From the NCBI GenBank assembly GCA_018398765.1, contig JAHBMJ010000321.1:62001-126000 (forward strand): a stretch of 64,000 nucleotides of DNA. The letters are read 5' to 3'. Source of the stretch: Chromera velia (Eukaryota). Under the pieces are notes generated by a model. That model saw nothing but the letters and a program-made list of their open reading frames with translations, made no database searches and was not told the origin of the DNA. Positions 51,790-62,975 of this stretch are shown here, in pieces; position 1 is the first letter of the stretch, and each line of letters begins with the position of its first letter. The translations under genes and the position numbers were made by a program.

Positions 51790-54756
51790 TTTAACAATAT
51801 CTGGGTGAGGAGACAGGAGGGCAGCAGCAAGAAAAACAAAAGACAACATGACGCCCCAGCAGGTAGCATAGGGTTTCAAACAAACGTACGAGCTGCCAAA
51901 GAAAGAGAAAGAAGAGAGAAAGAGGGAACGAGAAGGAAAGACAACAGTGAGTAGAGCGATTAAGGAGAAAAGATGGCACACAGCAGAGGAGAAGGAGGTA
52001 AGGAAGGTAATGAAAAGAGCAGGGAACCCCAGAAAGGCCGCTGGGAAGGACGGAATGCCCCCAGGAATGCTGAAAACGATGGAAAAATCGACTGAGCTGG
52101 TGTTTTTGTATGTTTTGTTAATGAATGTTGCATATCGTTTCGGCTGGTCGCCAAAAAGGTGGAGTGACTTACTGGTGATGGCTCTTCCAAAACCGGGTAA
52201 GTCACTTACATTGCTTAAGGGATGGAGGGAAGTGCACCTGGTGGTAGCAGATACGAAATAGGAGGACATAATCATGAGAACGAAGGTGGAGAAGGAAGCC
52301 AGACAGACACCATGGCAGTTCGCATACAAGAAAAAGGCAGGCACATGCGATGCAATTTTTCTTTTGCTGTTCGTTATTGCTCGAATGGAAGTGCTTAGTG
52401 TTACCTTTGTTGACTTTACACGGGTTTTTAATGAAGTGAGGCTGGAAAAGTTAAAAGAGAAATTGAGAAAGGCAGGGGTGGAGGAAGGTCTGATCAGATG
52501 GGTTAAGGCCTCTCTGGAAAATGTGAGGGCATGGGTGAAGGGAACGAGCATGTGGTACCCGGAAGATAAGGGACTCAAGCAAGGAGGCCCGAGCGACCCT
52601 TCCCTTTACTCTGTGTACACACATGACTTGCCAGAGGAAGTAGGAAAGAGAAGAGGACAGAGACGACAAACCGACAGACAGAAACCAAAGGTACCGGTAG
52701 GAGAACACGGGAGGTGGGTCGATTTCCTTACCCTTCTATTTGCAGATAACACAACATTCTTCGAATCCTCAGATAGACAGTTGAACCTTCTTCTTTCGAA
52801 CCTTGTAGCCTTTGCAGAACCTCTCCATCTTTTCTTTTCAGACAAATCGAGATTGGTCTGGTTTGGCCGCATCGCATCAAGAGGGAAAAAAGAAGTTAGA
52901 CTGGGGGAAATAGTGATAAAAGAAGCAAGAGAGCAACCCTATCTGGGATTAGTCCTATCCACCAACTGCAACGTAGAGACCATGATGAAAGCGCGGTCAA
53001 TCAAAGCAGAGAGAATATCTGATACATGCAGGGACTTAGTCTGTCAGTGATGGGGAAGATAGGAAAGGAGGGAGAGATTCCACCTGCTGATTGCTTCAAT
53101 ATATTTAAACAGACAGTGCACGCCGTATGGTTGTATAGATGTGAAATCCATGTATACTCAGATAGCGTATATGCAGAATTCGACCAGAAGCAAAGGAGAT
53201 TTGTCAGGTTTGTTTTGCGCTTGAAAAAGAAAGAAAATTGTGGCACCCTGATGATGGAAGGATATGGAAGGGGGTTTCATTCCAATCGATCTCGAAGTGG
53301 CTTCCAGAACGATCCGTTGGGCAGGGAAGGCTTTAAAGGAGAAAAGAAATGAAGTGGTCGGGCAGGCAATCCTCACATACTTGAGGGAGGGGGTAGAAAA
53401 CGAAATGGGGGGGAGGAGAGGAATCATGCATCCTTTTCATCTTTTCCCTCATCTGAAACAATGTACACAGGCACTCTACACAGACAGAGGAATGCACCCT
53501 TTTGCAAAAGAAAGACTAAAAGGAAGCGCAGGGTAGAGAGGAACACAGGTAGTTAACGAGAGAGTGGACGGGATAGAGAGATGGCTGCTAAAAAAAATAA
53601 AAAATGAGCTAGACGAGAAAAAGATAGAGGTGTTTGCACAGAGAATAGAAAGAAACATAAGAGAAAAGAGCAGTCAGGAAAAAGCAGAACTGACAGGAGT
53701 GATGATGGCTGACATGCACAGAAAGGTCTCAAATGGAAACCGTCTCCACCTTTCTTTGTTTGAAGACAGAGCAGGTAGAAAGGTTGGCTCGACAATGAAA
53801 ATAGACAGAAAGAGAATAAGGAGAGTCCCCTTTTGCTAATATACAAGAGTGGCGCCGCGATCGGAATACAGGAGGAGAGCAGCATGCAGGGTGGGAGATA
53901 GGGTTATGGCTGCGACTCAGGGAAAAATTCTGGTAAGGGGGGGAGAGAAGGTGCCGTTACAGATTCTGAAAAGGACGTGCTAGTTTTGTTAAGGGTGGTT
54001 GGGAATCGAGGTGGTGGAAGACGAAATCCATCTGGTGACAAAATGTTATGTTTTTGATAGAGAGAGAGCAGAGATGTTCAGAAAGATAGAAAAGAAATGG
54101 GACAGCAAGATGGAAGAAAGAGCCAAAAAGGCATGCAGCCACACAAAGAAAAGGGCTCAGCACAGAAGAGGGAAGAAGAGACAACTCGACGCTTTTCTGC
54201 TTTCTGTTGAATGAATGTCATACCGTAGTAGATGAGTTTTTGGGATGGGTATCATTCAGATGGAGGGTGTTTGAGGAGTGCCCAGGATGGTACGGACACA
54301 TAGAGGGAAACGCTCCGGCAGCCAGACATGTAGGAATAACCGGAAGGCAACGGGCGATCGAGAGGCTAACAAAAGAATATGAGGAGACGATTGATAACTT
54401 AGAGACGACCGAAGGAGCGTTAGGGTGAGGAAGGAGGGAGCCACAGAAGAAGATTGATAAAGCGAATAAGAAGAGCGAGGAAACCCAAATCGCATGCCGT
54501 TTCAGATCGATTTTCAGGCTGGAAAGCTAGCACGGATCCAAAGCGGTAGCTCGAACAACGAACAATCATGCAGCAGCGGCCAGGGCAGCAGACTCTGACG
54601 GGCCCCGAGGGCGGGGTCTGATACCTCAGCTTAGGCTGGGGAACGCCCCGCCCTGCTAGCTCTGGCGACAGATGGACATAGCGGGGAAGCCCTAGAGTGG
54701 AACGTACATATCAATCAATCAGATAGACATAGCGGGAAGGCCCTAGGGCGGAACAT

Positions 54757-54810
<54 letters not shown>
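51790..54810 (+). mobile_element. 5'-truncated degenerate LINE with RT, CCHC-like knuckle, duplicated 3' end and (ATCA)n tail
   Basis: Motifs KAAGKDGMP, FVDFTRVFN, GLKQGGPSDPSLY, LLFADN, YLGL and EDEIHLVTKC. Stop at ~52259 and frameshifts. Tail at 54710-54810. The 5' boundary is approximate. Confidence 0.9.
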
Positions 54811-54811
<1 letters not shown>

Positions 54812-55973
54812 CTATAGCGTTTAACGTATTTTATGTAGCTAGCTAGTGCAGAAGTCGTGGTACCGGATTATATATCAAATGATACATCTAGTGATACATG
54901 GGGGGCACTAATAAATCACTTATCACTTATCCTAACACTTATCACATGTAAATATATCACATGTAAAATATTAGAATTCTAAAAAATCAGTGAACTATAT
55001 TAGACGTAATTGGAGGCAATCAAGTAAAAAGAAATAGTAAGTATTCAACTTTTTTCTTTATCACATTTCCTCAGAAGAAAGCTGCTAGCAAAGCTGATGG
55101 CAGCTATACTAAGAACAAAGCTAGAAATGAAGTTGAGACGCATCTGCTAGTAGAGACGCTGCTCAGACGATCTCAGACGCATAATTAAAGAAAGACGCCT
55201 TGATTTTTTTCTATGCATATGCAGGAATGAATGTACTTCTTTCTTCTTTCTTTTGGCGTCGTTTTCTTTGGCTGCCAGGGGATTGTTCTTCTTTCTCTTC
55301 AGCATGGTCCTCAGCTAGATGGCTCGAGAGGAGGGTAACAGCAACATTAAAAGCGCCGACGGCCTCTCACTCTGTCTGGATGGATGGAAGTCATCTCTGT
55401 TTCTTCCACGCACTCTTCAGTGGGACGAGGACAGAAGGAAAAAGCGTCCTCCTATTCTCAGTCGACCCCTCACTTCGCACGCACCAAAAAAAGAACAGGA
55501 AAGAGATAGCGGGAAAAAAGAGAGAAAATGAGCAGCACAAGGAAGACAAACTTTTTTTGAATTATTAATATAATGAATTTGAATATGAATGTAACTTCGA
55601 TCCTCTACATCCCTCCCTCACTCACTGAACATGGCCAACTACCTGCAGGACGCGACAGAACGATCTCTCTCTCTTTCTCTCTCACTTCCACATGTAGTAT
55701 GTCATGCACCTCCTTCTGCCGTCTAGCTGTCTCATCTGCAAAATGCAGACAGGCCATGCAGGGTCACACCCGCTTTCTAAGAGAAAGGACCACCATCCAC
55801 ACAATGTATGCAGACTTCAACTTCTCGTGCACGAATTTCCTTTCTATTCCACACGCAGGCGCGCACGCATGAATAAGTGAGGAGAAAGCTTTGCTCCTCA
55901 GAGACAACGTAAATCAGTGAATGAAGAACAAAAAAAACGGGGTCCGTTGTACCTCTGTGGACCAATCACTCAA

Positions 55974-56547
55974 TCACAATTCCTCGTGTCCCTTTCCTTT
56001 TTCCTCTTCTTGCACCATCGGCATTTTTGAAAGGTATCCCTCACACTTGTCCCAACTATTCAGACCTTCCTTCAGATGTCCCTCCCCTCCCTTCTCTTCC
56101 TTCCAGATGCCCTCAACACCATGCCACGCTCCCAGGACAGCGCCAATCACCACAGATCTGCTGGCATTGTCCCCCCCCACCATTGCATTGGCTCTCGCTG
56201 CCTGGGTGAATGAGTCTTTGTACTTCAAAATGATGTACAGGGAAGAGGGCATCGTCCCTTCTGTAGGACTAGCTTTGCCCACCTGCAGGAATACATGTTG
56301 CATGAATATTCGCATGAAGGTGTGATGGATCGAAGGGATACATGAGTGAATGAATGAATGCATGAATGGACAAAAAGAATGGATGGAACTTCTTTCACAC
56401 GTCATCCTAGCTCCAATCCCGAACCCGAAGTCTCACACGGATCGGAGAAACAGAAAAATAAAAGAGACTCCGAGCAGAAAGGGGCTTGCCCTCCTTACCT
56501 GTCCCCTTTCTTTGCTGTGTTTCTACCTTCATTCATGCCTTCCTTTG

Positions 56548-56590
<43 letters not shown>

Positions 56591-57178
56591 TTCCTGCCTG
56601 TTTCTTCGTTTGTCTATTTGTTCGTTCCTTCCCTTTTTCTTTGTTTCTCTTTTCTATTCGTCCTGGGTTTTCGAAGATTGTCCGAGAGCGTGCAATCAGT
56701 GAGGAGCCCTACATTCCTAACTTTCTTTCTTTCTTGGCCCATTAATTTATTCTCTCTTCCTTCCTTTCTGTTCTTCATTCCACCTTTCGGTATTGCATTC
56801 TTTCGTTCATTCGTTCGGTTTCCATTCGTCTGCACTTGACCTTGGCGCTTTCTGTAGCTCTGCTTTCCTTTCTCTTTCGTCTTTCCTTCTTTCCTCTCTC
56901 TTGTCACTCCCACTGACAGACAGACAGATAGACCTTGATGGGCTCCGTCTTGCCAACGTCCCACAGACGGGCCATTGACGTCATCGCGAGGTCATCCACA
57001 AATTCCTCCTTCCCCAAGGGTCGAGAGGGATCCATCACCTCGTTGTATTTGTCCACTGCCTTCTTTACCTGCATGTGTGCAGTGCAGGAACGCAAGCAGG
57101 AATTGTGGAGCGCTTCACAGAGAGGCAGAAAGCGAAGGGAAACGGCTTTGAGGAGCTGGGCATGTTTTTCTTGTGCAG

Positions 57179-57222
<44 letters not shown>

Positions 57223-58257
57223 TCTCGCGACAAGCACAAGGGGTTCTGCAGGTGATCTAGACTCTGCGGAAACAGAACACCAACCCCCCCCCTATGCATG
57301 GTGGGTGGACAAAAACTTTCCGGTCTCGGACAAAAAGAGAATTCTGCATGGAGCCTAATTGATTGATCCACAAAGAAAGCCCAGAGTCAAAACCATTCCG
57401 ACCCCCCCCCCCACCAAGGAGGGTGACTCAAATCTCGAACGGACCTGCGCACTGATAAAAGGATTCTTCATTTTTTTCTCCACGGCCTCCATGGCTACTT
57501 CAGGAGATTCCCCCAAGTAAACAATTCTGTGCATCATGCGTGCGAAGAACTCCCCTCCATCTAGAGCCTCTCTGTTCCTGTGGGTGAACATCAAATCGCG
57601 TGCAGCCTTTGCGGCAGCGTCCTCATCGTCATAGGCAGCCGGAAGGGGGGCGCCTCGGAAGGCCATTGCGTTGGACACCCCCCCCAGCATCGCGTCTTTG
57701 TTCTGTGCGAGAGTCGAGATGTCCGTTGACTGCACTTGTTGGAGCGCGGCCTTCGTCTGGGTGTCAATCCACGCCCCCCACGTTCCGGGGGCAAATTTCT
57801 GCTGCCACCAGGGAAGGAGATTTTTGAGGTCGACTGATTGGTTCTTCTGCTTGTGTGTCTGTGATAGATACTCCAGCATGATTTCGTTGTACAAACCGTA
57901 GTCTGTGTTGTCTCCTTTCTTCTGCCCGGGGTGATAATTCCGCCTTCCCCACCCCACACCGTGAGTGGTGCCCCCCATCTGTTCCCCCGGTCCTAGGTAC
58001 TTCTCTATCGGCTTGCCCCCATACGCCTCTTTGATCGCCTTCGCATCGTACTCGTAGTGACTGCCCAGACAGAGGGCGTCCGCGACCAAGGCACCAAAGA
58101 ACGCTCCCTTCACTCTGGACACTCTGGAAGGTGTCTCCGCAGAGGAGACTTTCGTGAGGGCAGCAGAGCACAGAGAGAGAATGGAGACATGAAGAAAACG
58201 GGAACGTGGCAGTAAAACAGAGGCTTTCCTGAGGATCATTCGATTTGATCGCTGCAT
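55974..58257 (-). CDS. ADP-ribosylglycohydrolase (ARH/DraG/crystallin-J1) family protein with putative signal peptide and C-terminal HEEL; 3 exons
   Basis: Exons 58257-57445, 57068-56934, 56282-55974. Motifs RVKGAFFGALVADALCLGSHYEYD, GDNTDYG, FTH, ANAMVGGDNASRSVVIGAVLGAWHG; ends GHEEL*. The start ATG is uncertain (58257 or 58239). Confidence 0.85.
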
Positions 58258-58511
58258 TTTGTCGTCCGTGTCTGTTCTGTTAATTTGATTCTGTAAGACG
58301 ACCGGGGGCCTCTTATTAAGAACGTCCTGTCTCCTCGGTCGCAACACTTCCTGATGCTAGCTTGTCTGCTGGTCTCCAGAACGGCGAGTGAACTTGTGAG
58401 GAGGAGCTTTAGGCTTTACAGTTGACTTTCCTTCTGTCAAGGAGGAGCCTCCGAGGAGGGTCTGCGGGCAGACCACCAATCTCCAACTCACCAAACCTCA
58501 GTGATGGGCGC

Positions 58512-58617
58512 TCGCATGGTGCGCCTGCATGCATGAAGGCTGCAAACTTTTTGTCATGCAGCCCTTGCATGGAGATGGCCGGCCGACCGATCGAAATGTT
58601 CGCAACATGCATGCATT
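58512..58617. promoter_or_regulatory. Cluster of (T)GCATG(CA) motifs in the ARH/GT15 divergent intergenic region
   Basis: CGCATG, TGCATGCATG, CATGCA, TGCATG and CATGCATGCA fall within ~105 bp. TGCATGCA is a known ApiAP2-bound element in apicomplexans. Confidence 0.4.
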
Positions 58618-59095
58618 TCGGAACTTCGGGGTCTCATTCCCTTCGCAGAGTTCACTGCAAACTTCAGACTTACAGATATTAATACTCAAGACGAAGCAAT
58701 CCTCTGTGTGCATTGAGTGTGGGTGCAGTCAGCCTTTTTTTGTCGAGATTGGGAGGTGCGCAATTTCGGGATAGATCTGTCTTGCGGATCTTCTCAAGGA
58801 GGCGGGACCGAGCTAAGATTCATACCTGTCTGCTCCGTCCGAAGACCGAAAGTTTGCTCAGGAAAAAAAGTGCATCTTTTTCATCAGACGCGTTTGTTGC
58901 TCGGCATTCAGCTGACTGTTCGCCCTCTGACACGTGAGCGCAACGCAATACAACCCCGCAATCCTGAAGACAGATCTGCGGTATGCAGCTCCGCACTTGG
59001 AGAGCAGAATGGTTCACGCCTTCGCACTCGGCCGCATCTTGGAGCACGAAGAGGTCCAGAGACAACTTTTCAAGAAGCGCCTTTCGAGTCGAAAA

Positions 59096-60217
59096 ATGCC
59101 AGTGACCTCAGTGAGACCCCAACAAAAAGTTCGCACAACGGCGGTGGCAGGTGTGTTGTTCGTAGCTGTTTTGATTTCCATCGTTGTCTTTCTCCGATTC
59201 GCCCTGCTGCGGGGAGAGCCTACGCTAAGCACCGCTGCTCTTCCCATGCCTGTCATCTCCAGCACAAGGGGAGACACCCCCCCCACTCACCACGAATCCT
59301 CCCGCGTCACGCGGAGACGGCAAACTGAGTCCGTCTCCGTCTTTGCTGACGATGAGCCTGTCGATCTCTCTATCCCGCAACTCCCCTCAGCCTTCGTGCT
59401 CCTGACCCGTAAAAGCGAACTTCCAACAGCAGTGCAGGCCCTCGAATCCCTCGAGGCCTCCTTCAATGCCCAGACAGGGGCCCGTTACCCTCTAGAGATT
59501 TTCCACGACGATCTTCAAGAAGAAGACCAACAGCGAATCAGAGAAACCATGTGGAAGGCGAGGAACGCATCCTCTGCCAATGCACCTCCCCCCTCTGTAT
59601 CCTTCCACAGACTCGACTTCTCCTGGAGACCTGCACCCCCCCCTCCAGGCCAACCCCCTTACCCGGAGCGTCTCCCCGAATTCCCCGGAAAGTCCTCCTG
59701 GGGTTACAGGCACATGTGCAGATTCTTCGCATTCGAGATGCCCTCACACGCAGCTCTCCAGAAATACAGGTCAGTCAGAAAGCGGCCTAGAGCACTTGGG
59801 GTTGCATGAAGTGATGCTCACCTCCGCGATCGGACATGGAAATCTGAATGAACACCCTCCCCTCCCTCCACTGGGAAAATTTCTGCTTTTTCCCAGAAGT
59901 CATGAAAGATAGAAGAGAACTATAATGGGAGAGGAGGGCAGTGAATGCAAGGAGAACAAAGTCTGAAAATGGGGTACTGAAATGGCGTGATAAGTTTCCG
60001 GGCAAAGATCATAGAAATGATGTGAGGGAGTGAAGGAGAAGAAAGGCAGTGAAAAGAGGGGGCAGTTCAGGAAGGCAACAATGAAACGATTTCACATGAA
60101 CCCGTCAATGCTTTCAAACGGATTGGATCCCTCCATGCTACGGTTCACTGCAAGTGGAATCCGTTTCTGTCTCCTCTTTCTAACTCTGTTTTTCTCTCCT
60201 CCCTCTGTGTGTGTGTG

Positions 60218-60258
<41 letters not shown>

Positions 60259-61706
60259 GTGTGTGCAGATACGTTTGGCGCATAGACGGGGACGCCCTGT
60301 ACATCTGCCCGATGGCTTTGGAGCGGGATCCCTTCCGGGTGATGCAGCAGAGGGGGGGGGCGTACGGGTGGACAGTGACGATGTACGAGGAGCCTCGCAG
60401 GAGTGCGGACAGTCTCTGGAAGGCCGTGAGGGATTTTGCAGAGGTTGAAGAGCGTAGAGGGGCCCTGCCGGGGGGGCGTGCGTCAGTTCGGCGATTGTAC
60501 AAAAAGTGGGGGACTGTGTGGGGGTCATACAGCAGGTGTCATTATTGGAATAATTTCGAAATTTTAGATCTGGAACCGTTCCGTTCGGATTCATGGAAGA
60601 GACTTGCGAAACACTTGGAAGATGAAGGGGGGGTTTGGAGAGATAGGTGGGGCGATGCTCTGATCCGCACTCTGGGGGTTGCTCTTTTGTTTGACGATTC
60701 CGAAGTGCTTCAATTTGGTCATGTGGGATATAACCACCAGGGGGTCTGTCGTGACCCGTGTGGGAGGGCTTCGCGCAGGGGGGGCGGGATGTTTGCATTG
60801 CCTCCTGAAAGAATGGACAGATTGTGCAGTCGTGAAGTTTCAGGAGATGGACGTCAAGTCGGATTCTGTGCGTCTTTTTTTTGTCGAATCTGTGAAGCCG
60901 AGTCTGGCAAGGGGAGGATCTTTTGTTTTATAGGTATTGGCGTTGGTACTTTGGTCCTTTTGACCCCTCTGTTGTGTCTGCTCCGTCTTTTTGTCCTCTC
61001 TCTGGTCGTTCCTCATTCTTTTCTCGACGAGGGGGAGGGAGGGAAGGGGGCGTCTCTTTCCTTGAGAGAAAGAAGGGGAGCCTCAGGGGGGGGTTCGTCT
61101 CAGTGGAGTAGGGAGGCTGTTGCTTTTCTCTGTTGTGCATCCAGGGGAGGGGGTGTAGAGGGGAGGAGGGACTCACTGTGGGTGCGTTTGTGTCGTCTTT
61201 TTGGCCGTCCGAGAGGTGCAGGGAATCAGAACCGGGGGACGCCTTTCGCCCCTCTTTCGAGTGGGACGCCGGGCAGGGGGAGAAACAAGAGGCCCGGCGC
61301 ACAGGCTTCGAGAGAGAGTGGGGTGGAGGGGGATGGAGAGAGTCATTTGCTGGGGGGGTTGGAGCGCAGCATGAGTAGTGATGGACTCCGAATGGATGCG
61401 AGAATGGCTCCATCACCGGAAGGTGAGCTCGACAGAGGAGGGGGAGAGATGGCATCAGGAGGGGGGGCGACAAACGGTTCATCCTTGTGGAGAGGGGCAC
61501 AAGGGGGTGTAATTCATGGTCAGGTACAGCATCGAGGCCCAGACAATGCGATCACGAATTCAAATCACCTGGACTCGGAAGAGTTGTCGTCTTTTATTTC
61601 TGAAAAGGAGAAGAATCAAAAGGCTGTTCCTCTCTATGGTTGTGAAAGGCAAAAGGAAACAAGAAGGGAAAGAAGTCTAACAAATTTGAGTCAACAAAAA
61701 ACGTGA
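59096..61706 (+). CDS. GT15 (KRE2/MNT1-like) alpha-1,2-mannosyltransferase, 2 exons, with N-terminal anchor and an extra C-terminal hydrophobic segment
   Basis: Exons 59096 (or 59009)-59769 and 60269-61706. Motifs GYRHMCRFF, YRYVWRID, CHYWNNFEILDL, RWGDALIRTLGV, GYNH. Confidence 0.88.
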
Positions 61707-61976
61707 TATTAAAAATCAGTTTTAAAAAATCTATCATTGTTTGATTCTAGGTTTGATTCGTAGTTTAATGCATTAATAACTAAATTTAAAATGAATCTAG
61801 AAGTGAATTGAAGTTGGATCATTAATTGAGTATTCAAATTATGCTGGACACCGTAGGTTGAACGCTTGGCATTGGGACAGGAGCTAGCTAGGTTAATCCT
61901 CCAGACATTAATCCTCTTCTGTCTTATCCTAATGCTGAACAACCATTTATAAAAGAGTGTTCGATCTTTGGATCTA

Positions 61977-62975
61977 GGCTCCCCATATATATAAAAAAAT
62001 AAAAAAGTTAATTGCCTAAAATCATTTTTATATATTTTTTTGTGTGTGTCAAGCAGACACTTCAAGCTCAAAGCTCCAAACCTATATTCAACTTTGAAAA
62101 AATATTATTTAAAAAAACTAATTCGGGTTTTTGCCTACATTGGAACTATAGTGTGTCACAATGAGAATTTGTAGAACCTTTTGTATCACAATAATTTGTG
62201 ACACAATAATTATCATTTTAAGAACTTTTAACTGATTCAATTAAATCATACTTCTGTGTGAAAAAAATAGTTGTAGATGGCGTGTTTATGGTGTTTGGCG
62301 TGGCTTGATACGCGTCGGGGGGCCCAATTCAATATGTTTGCGGCCAGATACAGCCAGATTACCACAATAGGCTGTCAATAGCGGTACTCCCCTCACACCA
62401 TCCAGTTACTACAGTTCGGTTACCAATTTGATGGTAACTAAAAGCCTTCTGAGAAGGGCTAGTAGTTACTCCTAACAGCACAGTGTAAGTGAGTGACTGA
62501 GTGAGTGCATGAGTAAGTGAGTGAGTGAGTGAGTGAGTGAGTGAGTGAGTGAATGTGTGGATGAGTGAGTGCGTGAGTGAGTAAGTGAGTGAGTACTTGA
62601 TAGAGTGAGGTAAATGAATGAGTGAGGTGAGTGAGTGATTTAGTGAGGTGAGTGAATGCGAGTGAATGTGAGTCAATGCAAGTGAATGAGTGAATGAGTG
62701 AATATGGAAGAGCAATCCAAACTTCAACGACTCTGAATTAAGACTTCAAATCACTTTAAAAGTTTAGGTTCACTTAAATTTTTGTCTAACAATTTCATCA
62801 TACCTAAGTTGCTCTAACTATTTAAAATTTATCATACTTATTGTGACACAATTGTTTGTGTGACTGGTACTAGTGTATAGGGTATTGTATCACAATTTGA
62901 ATTGTGTCACACTATAGTTTCAGTGTATTTTTGCCTAAATTTATTTTTTCTTTTTTTTACATACTATGGGGAGCC
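61977..62975. mobile_element. Outer MITE (TA-flanked TIRs) containing nested elements
   Basis: TA-GGCTCCCCATA..AAAAAAA at 61977 matches TTTTTTTT..TATGGGGAGCC-TA ending at 62975. Confidence 0.7.
62138..62925. mobile_element. Inner MITE (TA-flanked TIRs, TGTGACACA subrepeats) containing a (GTGA)n-tailed insert
   Basis: TA-CATTGGAACTATAGTGTGTCACAAT matches ATTGTGTCACACTATAGTTTCAGTG-TA. An imperfect (GTGA)n runs ~62488-62700. Confidence 0.7.

Noticed and set aside
51580..52578. 332-aa minus-strand ORF
   Set aside because: Antisense shadow of the purine-rich LINE ORF.
54605..54655. Hammerhead ribozyme (CTGA...stem...GAA)
   Set aside because: The core reads CTGATAC/GAAC rather than CTGANGA/GAAA, and the flanks pair with each other, giving a hairpin rather than a three-way junction.
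2843..61706. Alternative genetic code or non-GT-AG introns
   Set aside because: All eight genes could be assembled with GT-AG introns and no in-frame stops. TAA, TAG and TGA are all used as terminators.
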